Source of the DNA: Perna viridis
Lineage: Eukaryota
Assembly (NCBI GenBank): GCA_037379345.1
Contig: CM074511.1
Span: 40,616,862 to 40,680,861 of the forward strand
Direction of reading: 5' to 3'
DNA: 64,000 bases
The notes under the pieces were generated by a model. It saw nothing but the letters and a program-made list of their open reading frames with translations. It did no database searches and was not told the origin of the DNA. Shown here one piece after another: positions 13,265 to 26,470 of the stretch. A program made the position numbers and the translations under genes. Position 1 is the first letter of the stretch. Each line of letters starts with the position of its first letter.

Positions 13265-13938
13265 CATACCTTCAGAGTAACTTATATATCCCGTGATAAT
13301 TAACGCACCTTTTCAGATGCTAAATTAGTGGGTGGAAGCGTAATATGAGAACTATCAATTTTATCCATTGTCATCAAAATCTAAATTGCTACGTATAAGC
13401 TATGTACATTGTATATAATTTATGTTACATTGCTCAATTTAAGGTTGTAAAGAAGCAATGATACCTTTGCTCCAAAAATCTATATCATGACGTGCGTAGA
13501 AGATTAATACATTGATTGATTTCTCCTTTTACACACCATGGTGTAGAGATTTAGATTTAGATTTTTTAAAGGAAATTAGATTTAACGCATCAAGTGGTCA
13601 AAACATAAGTGAAACCCCACGTTATAATTACGAATGCACGACTAAAATATTGTCTTTATATTCCTTACAGCAAGAATTCTCAAGGCTTCGGGTCTATTCA
13701 TTTAGTCTTAATTGTGCAATGACGTTCGCATCGAAACGTATCAAAAAGTTTCGGAAATGTAAATTATTTTTTCTTTCGGATATGAAAAAGAAAAACTTTT
13801 TTAAATTTTAGAATACCATTAAATTGACTATTAATAGTGCTTGTAATCTAACGAAGAACTTGAAGTTCTGAAAAGCGAAAACAAGATTTAGAAAAGAACC
13901 ATTTGATTGTCAGGAGACAAAGTCTGCTAATTTCTTAA

Positions 13939-14598
13939 GTGGACCAGTTGTGATCATCTTGTTGTTTTGGTCATGTTTATTCAAGAACGGATCCCGAGAT
14001 TTATTAGAGGTAAATTCACTGTAAAAATGAAAATGTTCGCGTGGGGGCTATTTTTGGCACATTTGCGCCGACAATATATCCACAAAACAACACCATCTAT
14101 TACTATTGTGTCAAAATTTAAGAACAAATGTTTCAATACACACACAAACACACAACACACATGTCGGGTCGAATGGGTCTTCATAATTGAGAAAAGTTAA
14201 TCTGAAGCTCGTCAAACAAGGGTTAATCCTGGTGGAGTGTCCCTTTTGTTGGAAAATTTTATTAAGTTTGTGCAAATTTAGGCAAAAATTGGTAGCTTAT
14301 AGCACCAATGATTTATCATTCACTAATAAAACGACATTTTGGAAGACTACTGAGCAGAAAATATCACAACTGGGCTGGAGTAGTCGGGCGTTTGCAAGGA
14401 TGGTAGCCAGGCTAGATACAAGCGGAGACAGTGTATCAGGACTTTATGTGACAGTGGGCATGAAGAGAATACTTTCAGGTGAGGTGAGGGTAAATAAAAC
14501 AGAAACTCCCTTTATAAAATAAATTGACCCCTTATAAAATCAAGATCAGCAGCTGAATAAATATTACTAAAAGATCAAGATGAGCACAACTGGTCCAC
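13939..14598. mobile_element. TTAA-flanked TIR element, or the innermost arm segment, at the centre of the old inverted repeat
   Basis: TTAA|GTGGACCAGTTGTGATCATCTTG ... CAAGATGAGCACAACTGGTCCAC|TTAA; inverted match extends ~45-80 bp and is better conserved than the outer arms. Confidence 0.55.
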
Positions 14599-15443
14599 TT
14601 AAGAAGTTGGATTGAGGACAAAAATAGTTATAACAGACTTTAAACACCGATGCCTACTTACACTCAAATCGTTCTCTTAAAAGTTTTTTTTTATGTTTTC
14701 GCTTGTCAGAGCGTTTAGGTGGTTAGCAGAAATAAATGTTCAATTCAGTGGTGTCCTAAAATTAAAAAAAAAATATTTTGTCTTATCCGAAGGAAAGATA
14801 ATTTACAGTTCCTAAACTTTTGAAACGTTTCGATGCAAACAGTACATATGAGCCCAAGAAACAATGCAGTCTTAATGAAAAGACCCGAAACCGAGAGACT
14901 TCTTGTTGTAATGAATAAAAAGACGTTTCAGCACATACAATTGTGTTGTGCATTCATACATGTACTGTTAATTGGTTTTGCGCTAATTATATCAAAACGT
15001 GTGATTAGTTTACTTTAAACATATTTTATTTTCAATACAATATGGGATCAGGAACAACTTATCCAACTTAAAACGCCTTCTCCCTTAATCATTATATAGT
15101 ACTTTCCATTAAAAGTATTCATAATTTTACACGTACATGAACATATTTATGTGTGATTTGTCTCATTTATGCTGAAACAATTTGAAAAATTTGATGAGTT
15201 ATCTATTAAGCCTAGATTTTCTTTAAAATCTAAATCTCTATACAGTGACGTAAGTTAATTAAGGAGAAAGATAGAAAATGACCAAATCTTCTAAACAAGG
15301 CATGGCATAGATTAAAGATTTTGGGAGCCATGAAATCAATGTAATTCATTTCAATTAAAGTTTAAATGGAGCGACGAGACATAAATTAGAACCATAGCTT
15401 ATAAGTAATTGTAATTGTGAATTTGATGAAAGTGCAAGATATA

Positions 15444-15910
15444 GGTTACAGACCACCAATTCAACCAATGAGCATTTGGAACGTACGCAAAAATAGTCCT
15501 ACGCAGAAATTACCCCTGTTCCTCATAGTGCTGTGAAAAAAGTTCTCATCTTATTTTAAAAAATTAAACAGTTTCTGAAAGGGAAAACATTTCTGTACAT
15601 TTTATAGGTGCATTTTGCTTCTTGTGATGTGAAGCCTAATCTCCATAATGATTTTTAAATATACCCCTATCTTGTGAAAACACTGGGATTTCCCATGCTA
15701 TTTATAGACCCTTCACTTCCGGTGACCAGTACTGCACTGCAAGTCTGCTAACCCCACATGCCATTCTGAGGATTGTGAGCTGACATATGTAGAATCATGC
15801 TGATATATAGTCCTCTGCAGGTTAAAGTTAAGGTAAAGTCCAGAGAAGCCATTGAATATTGTGAAATTAGCATAGAAGCCTATGGAAAGTGGAATTAGTG
15901 GTTTTTAGCC
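15444..15910. mobile_element. 467-bp MITE, copy 2, inserted in the right arm of the old inverted repeat
   Basis: Near-identical to 11867-12333 (a handful of differences); flanked by TATA on both sides. Confidence 0.9.
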
Positions 15911-18900
15911 TATAGGATTCTACTCAAAATAGCCTACCACCCACTAAATCAGAAATCGCAGACTTAAAATGGTGCGATAATTTACACGAGATTTACAAAC
16001 TTTGCTGATTTGTATAACACCAATTGTTTCATAAGAAAAAGATAAAGTCATTGCCTTTCATGAGTCCGGGATCAGACTCATTATCTTTGGTTACAAATCA
16101 AGTTTACCCAAAAGATGTCATTATATAGGTACCAGTATCGTATTGCATATCCCTGAGCGGGTGTACGTCAAAACATGGATGCTATAAAAATATAGCGGAT
16201 TTTCTTTTTGTCTCTCTGGAAACTAATGTTTAAAGATATGAACAATGACTTATAAAATAGAGCAAACATCACACTGTAAGATGAAGAACTTTTTTTAAAA
16301 GAAAATCTAACATAATATCATAAAAATGTTCCACCGAAAAGGTTGGTTTGGTGAGTGCAAAACGAAAGTGAAAGTAGGGAAAATGGCTATTTATAGTTCA
16401 AGACTACTTTTCTGTCCGATCTTCCTGGACTCACCCTATTTTCTTTGCTGGAAATTATTTTTTCCACATGTCCTTAGAAATGTTACATAAGTGAAAGTTT
16501 TATTGAATCAATTTACATATTTTTTTTTTAAATCCTAAAAAATATGCACTTCACTATAGAAGTCTATGGGAAAATTAATACGATACTGAGACCTATACTC
16601 ACTAGTTAACAGATCAAATGTACGCTTGGCCACGCATAGCAAAAATTAATCAAATTCCGGTTCACATGGTAGTGTAAGCTCGACCGATAATAATATTTGC
16701 AAAAACGAAATGAAACTCTGGAAAAATCATCCTCCCAAGTCAGAGTATTGAGTCCACCTTCGCTCCCCTAAACCCTGACTTAGAAACGGATACAGTAAAA
16801 TTTGTACGCGTCTGTGCAACAAAATGATTCAAAGAAAATTACAGACCTTTTTATTTGTGGCTTTGTTAAAGATGCGTCCATTTTGTTTTCAAAATGCAAA
16901 TTGGTTTCAATCATTATGTGGCTGTTTCTATCGTTACCAATAGTGGTAAGATATCTCGTATTTTCAAAATAAACAGAATACGAATGGAAGTTGTATTAAA
17001 GTTAATAGTTAGCCTTTGATTCATGTATTGTTTTCTGAAAAAATTAGATACAAATACGCTCGTAGCTACTACGAAAACCACAGAGATGTTTCGTTTGTAC
17101 AAAATACAGCACTTTGTTTTTATGAAGCGTGGATATAATTTTTTCTTCTCCATGTATTTCAGAACTGTATGTACATCCTGGTGTCTGTGTGTACAGTAGT
17201 TTCTCAGTTTTCACTTATCACACGTATATGTCCGCGTCGGAAATTTAGCCTACTATGTAGACTGTGTCTTGCTAGTAAAAACAGAAATGATTAGAAAAAA
17301 AAATTGAAGGTCTCAAACACTGTTCGAATCTCAACATTTCAGGGATGTGCACTCGTTTAAAAATGTTTGATGACATCAACACGAAAGTGAAAGTAGAACA
17401 TATACTACATGGTTCAAGACTACATTTCTTTCTTTAAATATAGCGCCTATTTTATGTTGTTTATTAACTTTTTACGAGACTTTTATAGTAGTTATACTAT
17501 ACATGTAGGCCGAGTACAAATTTTATTTTATCAATGTTTATATAAAAAGACATTAAAAATGCGATAATCAATACTGATACCTCCGGAGGTTTAACTTAAC
17601 TATAAAATACGAGGGTCTTTAATCTTCAAACCCCTACCCAAAATTATCCAAGGAGACGAAAGATCTGACCTAGCTAGAACAATCCAAGTCTAGTCATTCT
17701 TTTAATGATTTAAATCTCCTCAACAAATTTTCCGAATGATCCTGAAATTTGTGAATTGGACCTGAAATCTAAAAGAAATAAGAACATTTTTACCCAAAAT
17801 CTCCGTACAATAGGAAAAATCTCCACTTCTGTGATGAAATCCTCAACCGAATTTGCCATGTAAACGCAACTCACTCGATTGGTCATGTACTGATAACTTA
17901 ATTGCGTTAAAAAAATGTGTTATTTCCTGAATGAAATGTAGACAATTTTAAGTAAAAAAAAACAAATTTTACTGTGTTGACTATCTTTATTTTTTACGAT
18001 AGTATACTTGTTGCCACTCAACCGAGCATTATAAATGTGACTATTTTTACATTTAGATATTTAGTGTCGCACGTTTAAATGGCAATCGTGGGGGAGTGAT
18101 TAATTAGGATAAGTAAAGAATTTAGAAATTGAAATAAAATGTAATTTAGTTTAAAATCTAAAATTACACAGGAACTATAAAGGTAACAAGAAATCTGATG
18201 TAGTGATTGAAAAAATCCACCGTAAATATATATGAACACGTTTGTTGATTTTAACTTGGAAGGTCAATATTTGCTATGTTTAATACAATCCCTCTTATAG
18301 CCTATGGGTTTTACTATCTAGTTAAAAGAAGACAACGTACATTTTATACGAAGTATTTGTTTTTAAATTCACTTCTCACTAAGAGCTATCAACAAGAAAT
18401 GTCTCTCTTCAGATTAAGCTGCATGTAAAAATGGCAGCCACTCCTTTCAGTAAATCTATGATAGCAGCAGTGTTTGGACTCAACTATGTATGGTACATAT
18501 ATTTGCAAACCATGTGCTTGGTCCTTCATCTTCAGTTACAGAAATTACTGGACTTAATTACCACGTAATGTCTTCTCTGATTTCCTTATCAAATTTATTA
18601 GAGAGTAAGTTTTGGTGTATTTTATCCCGATGAAAATATGTATCAAGCAAAGTAGATTACACTTTGCATCTAACAAGCATCTTTTTATAAACTGTATCTC
18701 TCTGGTAGCTTAAAGACAACAATAAAGATGGTGCTTGCATCTAAATCCTTGGCCTTTTCAGAGGAAATATACATCTTGACAAAATCCACGTTATTGCCCG
18801 TGTCATATTTTTTTTGAAAATGAGAGAAATGAATGAAGCCTTCAGATTAAAAAGCATAACGCTATAACCAGCTCAAACGGAGCCTCAAATAAATTATAGA

Positions 18901-19531
18901 AGACTATTAAAAGAATGACAAGAGGCACCAATATTTTGCAAGTTATTAATACATGCACATATGCTAAGTTTCGCTGCAATATCACAATCCCCGAAGGTTT
19001 TTAAAATTAATACATATTACGAGCCTTGAAGATTTTCTACTTAAAAACAGTCACAGAGTCATGTTCTTAAAATATCAATCTCCTGCGCAGATGTTATTTT
19101 CGCTATTTCAAAGCTTCATTCAAAAGACATTGTTTTATGGTAGCAGAAATAGCCGAGTAGTTCCGAGTGCGATAAACCCTCTCCTTTTATGCAAATTAGT
19201 AGAGTTTACCGGAAAGAGCTTCACAGATTTGTAATTGAGTATTGCTCATTCATTGTGATTTTTTCCACATTCTGTATAGCACATCCTATAATAAGCTATT
19301 TTGAATTGAATAATTCAATCACGCCACCGGCCAGTGTGCATGTACATTTGACTTGGACGTCAAGATAAAAATAGATTACATAACTTCGAAGAAATATAGT
19401 TCAATACAAAGATTAATTTATTTCCCCATAATGTAGATAAGCAAAATCGTACAAAAATGTCGTAATGTTTGAAATGTTTATGAGGACATTTACAATGTAG
19501 ACAATAAACAGGAATAAAATTCGATTAACGA

Positions 19532-19797
19532 ACCCGAAATTAGGCTAATGGAAAAAAAAGAACGGGTGTGGTGAAACGTAACAAATGCACTGGTCAGCGT
19601 CAATCGGAAGAATAGAACTACTTTGAGTCGCGTATGATTACAATTCCGGCAAGTTTTTCAAGAAGAATTTTTTCTTTCTGCTCCCGAGGTTATTTTTTAG
19701 TGTATCCGAAATGGCTGAGTAGTTCCGATTGACGCCGACCAGTGCATTTGTTACGTTCCACCATACCCGTTCTTTTTCCATTAGGCGAATATCGGGT
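19532..19797. repeat. ~78-bp imperfect inverted repeat with ~110-bp spacer (MITE-like hairpin)
   Basis: ACCCGAAATTAGGCTAATGGAAA...GTAACAAATGCACTGGTCAGCGTCAATCGGAA (19532-19609) vs TTCCGATTGACGCCGACCAGTGCATTTGTTAC...TTCCATTAGGCGAATATCGGGT (19723-19797). Confidence 0.75.
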
Positions 19798-19853
19798 ATA
19801 TTGCGAAGGGCCGGATCCATACACTTTGAAAGGGAAGGTGCCAGCAGGGATTC

Positions 19854-19915
19854 CTTTGTCCCTGGGTTACATTCTTTTGATTTCCGCTAGAACTCTTGGA
19901 TCCCTTAATAACTCT
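19854..19915 (+). repeat. Extreme 3' end of the Penelope-like element (short 5'-truncated copy)
   Basis: CTTTGTCCCTGGGTTACATTCTTTTGATTTCCGCTAGAACTCTTGGATCCCTTAATAACTCT matches the reverse complement of 51502-51561. Confidence 0.7.
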
Positions 19916-20014
19916 CTGCCATGTTTTTGTCAATTCGACAAATTTTGCACTAAACATGGGGATGCCAATCCCCTATGGATCTTCCACTGCAGCGATATCA
20001 ACAAAATTCACATG

Positions 20015-20283
20015 CAGTGAAACCTATCTTAACCAACGCCTTTTGGAATTCAAATTGGTTCGGTTAGGATAGTATTCGGCAAGGTTCAAAATACATTAAA
20101 ACTAATATGATGGGACTTTTTATATGTCAGGTTTACAAGGTTTCATTAATATTCAGGGTTTAGTTAGGACAGGTATTCGGCAAGGTTCAAAATACATTAA
20201 AACTAAAATGATGGGACTTTTTATATGTCAGGTTTACACAGGTTTTATGAATATTCAGGGTTCAGTTAGGACAGATTTCACTG
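20015..20283. mobile_element. MITE of the same family as 346-580, with an internal ~105-bp tandem duplication
   Basis: CAGTGAAACCTATCTTAAC ... GTTAGGACAGATTTCACTG|TA; GTATTCGGCAAGGTTCAAAATACATTAAAACTAA occurs twice. Confidence 0.7.
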
Positions 20284-21170
20284 TATTTACATGTATAAGT
20301 ACATGTAGTAGCAGGATTGTAGACGGTATAATGTGTTTGTTTCTTTTTTTTATTATAAGTAAGTAATTATATTTGATAATACATGATATCATTCTCCACA
20401 GGTATATAACTAAGAATGGTACGAATTTTATCACAAGAAGATTTTTCATACCGACATGACGGCAAAATGTTAATAACATATTTGACTGATCAATGTCTTA
20501 ATGTGAACTCAGAGTATGTGAACAATTATTATGCATACAAAATTAAATGTTTAATACCCATTGTGCATATATCTGACTTTATTGTGTTATTCATGGGCAT
20601 AGTGTGATTTCCTTTTCACACGAGGAAATAAAGCAAACTGTACAAGAATGAGTAAAGGGGATTGAGAGTAGAACATTTATATATTTTTGTCTTTTTTGTA
20701 TTACTTAAAAAAATGTCTACTAGATACATATTGAATGACTTTTTTCTTATCTATTTTATGCAGCTAGAATACATGTTGATATCTAAATGTACTATATCTT
20801 GTTCTGTTTCTAATTAGAAAAAAAAACAATACATGATTGAATGAAGATGTATACATACTTGGTTATTGAAGAGTGTAACTCATTTATTGGTTCTGTGTTA
20901 TCGATTTCCCCCTTAGACCCCCATATTTATAAGTGTGCTACAGCTGTGTAGTTAAATGTTAATATGCTCGCAGTATTACACGAGGCCGGAACGGGACAAC
21001 GTGTAAAGTGAAAGTAAGTATTTTACATTGCTAAATGATTGCTGCATTATAATTGTGAAGGAAGTTCTCCCGGAAGTTACATGTACATTAGTAGCAGAAT
21101 AAGTATGAAATATACAAGACAACTATTTACATCCTCATAATACATGTACAATATAATATCTTTTACTGAA

Positions 21171-21440
21171 TAATACATTTAGGCTTTCTGTGAAATACAT
21201 GTATACAAATAAATGTCTTGAATTTACATCCATTTGCGACTTTATGTAACGCATTCAGCGACTCGCTACTCGCACTCCAATGTTATAACCATAAAAGTAG
21301 TTCAAACAACAATACATTTAGGCTATATGTAAAATACATGTATACAAATGAACATCTTGAATTTAAACCCATTTGCGACCTTATGTGAAGCATTCAGCGA
21401 CTCGCTAATACACTACTATATCCATAAAGTTTCAGTACAA
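21171..21440. repeat. Two-copy tandem duplication (~140-bp unit)
   Basis: AATACATTTAGGCT...CCATTTGCGAC...GCATTCAGCGACTCGCTA repeated at ~21172 and ~21311. Confidence 0.8.
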
Positions 21441-21455
21441 ACAATAGATAAATGA

Positions 21456-21974
21456 TTGATTGATTGATAGTTAGGGTTTAGCGCCCGAGCAGCAATATTT
21501 CAGTTATATTCAGGCGATTAACATGAAATGATGATAAAATAAACATGAAATGATGATGATGAAATGAAAAATGGGATGGGACACAAGGACAATAGGGTCA
21601 AATATTTTGATTGTCACTAGAAAAAGGGAGGGATGGGTAGGATCGGGTAATTTAGCATCCTGTGGCGGAGCGCAAAGCTTCCTACTCCTATCGAATACCA
21701 CAGCAGGGACTTAAACGTGCGAGGAACGTGGCATCTTTCCCAAAACGGTGCATAACTATGGTTGGCGGTCAGGTTTTCCGTATTATAGCCTGACAACCCC
21801 AGCATGTAACATACCAGGGGTACCCCATTCCACCACCTGGGGCACAAAACCCAGTTGCTCTGTGGGCAGAGCGCCCTAGCCCCCGGCTAGGTTTTGAGCA
21901 CTATTTAGTCGCCTTTAACGACAAGCTTAGCGCTGCTGCAGGCTTATTCTTTTGACACCCGGACCTGCACGGGC
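21456..21974 (-). mobile_element. Full-length SINE-like retroposon (Meta-domain-like body, non-tRNA structured head), copy 1
   Basis: 16-bp TSD AACAAYAGATAAATGA (21440-21455 / 21975-21990); (ATCA)n tail; GCACGTTTAAG...GAGTAGG...CTAAATT body like the Meta domain; homologous to 28610-29120 and 37233-37737. Confidence 0.85.
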
Positions 21975-23429
21975 AACAACAGATAAATGAATAAAATCTG
22001 AATCATGTAGTTATTCAACAATATTTATCCCGTAACAGTATTTGTGTGAGTATGCGAGAGTAAACATAGGTGGTAAACATGGATCATGTTTATTCGATAA
22101 AAGGAGTTATGTAAGAGACTGTTAAGGTGGGGTCAACGAAGCTCAATTGAGAACAAAATATAAACTAAAAGGATTTTAACGACTTTATACCTTTTACTAT
22201 CTATATATGGATATACAGTTTTAATTTTAAGTGTATGGTGAAGCACAGTTAAATTGTGAAAAAATCGTTATTTCAAACAAGATTTTTTGGGGAAAATTTT
22301 GGACAGGTCCCGATGGGCGAGGTTAGCTTTCTCTAATGTTACCGGAACTATTATGATTGCTTAAGGGTAGAGCAAATAGTCGTTCTGAAATCATGTGCGA
22401 TTACCATAAAAAACAAACAAAACAAAACAAAGCAAAACAACAATACAAAAAAAGAGCTGTCAATCATTCAACAAATGGTTCAAAGCAATAAATTAAAGAT
22501 CTATTTAAGTCTGTCGTAGGTGCTAGTTACCGACCCCAGATTCGAGGGCATATATGAAATAGACATTAGAATAGCTCTGTACACAACGACTGCTTTAGCA
22601 TTTTGACTGATTTAGATACCAATTTGAAACCTAGAAACCGAGACTTGCGACGATATGTATTTTGCCCTAGACCTGTGATTAAACTGTTGGATTTAGAAGA
22701 CACAATCTACCAATGTTATATAGATGAACCCAGGAAGGAAGACCCCCATCTTGTACTAGAAATGTTTGGTCAATTAATGTGAAAGATGAAAATCACACGA
22801 GTCCCCCCTTTTTTCTGAATTTCTAGATCTGTCACTGATTTCATACTAATTTTGAAGCTTCTTTTTTTGTAGAGTAAGATCACAAGATGGAACTACGAAT
22901 ACAGTTCAGTATATCGATGATTATAGCCGTTATATTTGCTGAAATTTTAAATGAAATTTGGTTTAATCGAAATTCCTTTGGTCGTCGGATTGGAGATAGG
23001 TACCATATCACCTCAATCTTGTGTGACGTTGTACTAGCCATTCTTCTCAAGTCCATTGTTGAGTAAGTCTATCTTTAGTTTAATGTTATTGGTAAGAAAC
23101 GTTCTTAGATGAACAGATTTTAAATCCGACTGAAGAATCGACCTTCGCTGGCCAGGAAGCCTTATAATGCACTTCAGTAACCCTAGTGATATTGTTTACA
23201 TTTAATTATATGATGACAGTTTCATTTTAACTTTCAAGGGTTTGTACTATTATGCCAAATTTTCCATTATGAAAAAAAAAATCACAGTAAAAAGGATGAG
23301 ACACATTTGCAGTAAAAGGCCAATAATATGAGCGAATACATATAGAAGTCGGTTGCTGTTACTACAAGCTATTCAAGGATATTCAATTTTAATTATGCAA
23401 CATTTATATGTCATAAGTAGATATGACGT

Positions 23430-24030
23430 GCATATGACATAGGTTGTGTCTTAATTGTATGACTTGTAATGTACTGTGGTTCTCAACCCTTTATGGAAGG
23501 AAATGGGATTGATATTGCATACGTTTTGTAGGTTTAAACTGGTCTGGAGCTGGCATGTTAGTTAACTGCTGTAGTCCTTTGTTTGTACATTGGTGTAACG
23601 TATAATCAGTTTCCTTATTTCCGTTATAACATGGGACTCAGATTTTTTTGAACTGATTTTTAATTATGTTCAATTATTGTGTAATATTTTTTCAACAGTG
23701 GCCAGATTCTAAGGGGGTGGGGTTGTGATCATACCCAAGTACCTAAATCCCACTACATTCTTTGCACCTGACCCAAGTCAGGAATTTCTGGCCTCTGTAT
23801 GTGTTGTTTAGTTTGCACTTCCGGTTTACTTTATGTTTTGCAGCCTATAGGATCAATTATTTCGCTATACCTGTGTATAGTGTTGTTTTGTGGACAACTA
23901 CAGCCTGCCCGGTGGTATAAGGGTTTCCATGTCGTTTATCGAAGGCCAATGGGTGGCCTTGAGCTGACAGTTTTCATCCCGGTGGGGTTGTTGTCTTTTT
24001 GACACACTCACCATATCCATTCTCTTTGTA
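23430..24030 (+). mobile_element. Old interspersed repeat with a Nin-domain-like core
   Basis: TTTGCACCTGACCCAAGTCAGGAA core and GGGTTGTTGTCT(T)TTTGACA end; inverted homologue at 27232-27990. Confidence 0.55.
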
Positions 24031-24909
24031 CTGAATGGTAATACCCCATATCCAATTCTGTTTAAGAGAGTGTTCATGGAAGACCCAGGCCGTGAGTGCG
24101 CATGCCAGATTTTTTAATAAACATAAATCAGTCATGTTTTCTAGAAAATGAAGGTTGATTTGTTGATTACTGACATGGTAAGAACAAAAGAAATATACAT
24201 CTTAAAAGTTAGGGAAGTAACTCTTCTGTCTGATTATATAGTTAATTGATGCTACTTTTGATAAAGAAAAATACCGGGCATATTAATGAGTTAAACAGTA
24301 AATTGGAACAAACAGAAATATGGATTCAAATTTACTCTGATCCTCCCATACCATAAAGGGTATGTCCGCTTCTACACGGAGAGTCTCTTGATATTATATA
24401 GAACTAGCATACACAATAAAGCGAAAAGACAAGTAACCCACATAAGATAATCCACAAAAGCATATATATAAATATATAAACGAAATTAACTGGTATGATC
24501 TTACAAGAAGAAAGGTTTAGTCATTATATTACTTGTAGACACCGAATAACGATAATCAGTCGTAAATACAAATGTCATGTTTCTTTTTATTTCAGCCACG
24601 TATGGTCAATTAGCCGATGGGAAGATTTCATGATGCTTTCGCTATTTCTGACTGGAATATTTGCATGCTTAGAGGCACCAAGATGGCGTCTGACCCACAG
24701 GGATGACTTGGAAAGATTTTTCCTTTACATTCTTCACAAGTTTCTTTTAATGTTTGTCATGATATTTGCACTTATATTTTTTAGATATCTAGGTTGATAT
24801 TAAAACATTTTGAGCGGCCCTAACATTGTGCATATGCATGTATATACAAATTATGTTATATGAGAACTACTCGGCCATTTCCGCAACAGTAGAAATAACC
24901 TGGGATGCA

Positions 24910-25312
24910 GAAAGAAGAAATTATTATGTTTGAATTATTTGCAAGAATTGTAGTGATACGGAGATCAAAGAAGTTTCATCTCCAGATGGCGCAAAATATT
25001 AGTTATATCACTTGAAAAAGAGAACAGTAAGTCCTTCAAGATTGTTAGAGCTAACAAAAAATCAACCAGTGCAACTATAATTTAAGAATTTGCTTGTAAT
25101 AATTCCGGACTGATTCTACAGCCTAGTACGAGGTTTTTCTTAGGTGTAACGAAAAAGGCCAAATGATTCCGATTGGTTAATTATAAACATTCCCGTTATA
25201 TCACTTTGCATGTTTTAGTCTGTATCATTAAATAATTGCAATATATAAAATTATACAACTAGTCTTGAATTTTTCATTTGATAATTCCAAAATGGAAATT
25301 TATCCCAGTGAC

Positions 25313-25348
<36 letters not shown>

Positions 25349-26470
25349 ATGAAACAAACAAAAGACAAACAAAAGCGATTTACACAATAAAAGAGATGTT
25401 GACCAAGAAGAGTTTTAAAATAGCAAGATTTAGAATTACATCGTTACACCCCTTCATTAAATCTTGCAGAATCTACTAAATTATCTTAATCGATTTATAA
25501 GCGACCATGATTTGATTAAGCAAATCACACGGCGTAGGATGGAGTTCATGACAAGATGTTAAATGATTCTAAATATTATAGCAGGCAGGTGATTTTCTTA
25601 AATTTGTTAATACTCGAAAGTTTAAAATCTGAGATACGAATAAACTATATAAACAAAGTCAGGGATATATCCAGTTTGTGTGGTGGGTGTTAAGACGGGG
25701 TAAATTGCGAGACTTCATATCACCGAGGTCGATAAGAGTTTTATTTTTATTATGCAATGAAAAAGGGATACAATGATTCGTAAATATTATATATATTTGA
25801 ATTTGTTAAATTATGGTGGACAAAATCCTCGCAACTGTAAACTAATACAAATTTGACCTATGACCTAACAAGCACTGAGAGGCCGACTTACGTCCCACAG
25901 GAAGTAACCTTGCAATACTGGTTAAAGGTCATTACTAGCTTCGTATCTTTGAGGAAAACAAAATGTTCGAAGCTCACATTCAATTTGTATAATTATAAAT
26001 CTAAGTTTCTGTAAAAGGTAGCATATATCAATATATCCAACTTCCTTCTACATGTTACACCAGCCTCATATTGATTTATACTTATTGTGTCCCGAATGCA
26101 TAAGAAATTCTTGGCTTCTAAAGTAATCTTAAATAATAATGGGCGTGACCTTTGAATATATGGAAAAAGTAAATGTACCCAACTATAGCATAGCTGTATT
26201 CTATGAGGTATTCGTCTAGCTGTAGAAGACGATGATTGCAGGACACCATTGAATGAAAAACTCAGCTACGTTGTAGGGTTGGAATAAATCACTACTTCTG
26301 TGACATTGTTATGTTGCTCATTCATTTTATCATCTGATTTTGTATTGTACTGTCTAATCTGATACCCCCCCTTAAAAAAAATGATAAAAATCAAAGATAG
26401 CTTTTAAAAATTAAAAATACGCATAATTTTTCAGATTTATGTTTGTTTTTATCTGATTTTATTGCGTAAT
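24910..26470 (+). repeat. Segmental duplication block A (paralogues ~42160-44125 and ~63620-64000)
   Basis: GAAAGAAG...TTTGAATTATTT...TTGTAGTGATAC...GATCAAA and later GAAGACGATGATTGCAGGAC / TAGGGTTGGAAT blocks shared and colinear. Confidence 0.8.

Larger units (their letters stand above)
12860..16850. repeat. Old, diverged long inverted repeat (second foldback-like structure)
   Basis: Pairings seen: ~12880-12925/16808-16850, ~13005-13350/15915-16075, ~13465-13580/15210-15330, ~13650-13830/14735-14925, ~13865-14010/14525-14710; roughly 70-75% identity by eye. Confidence 0.75.
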
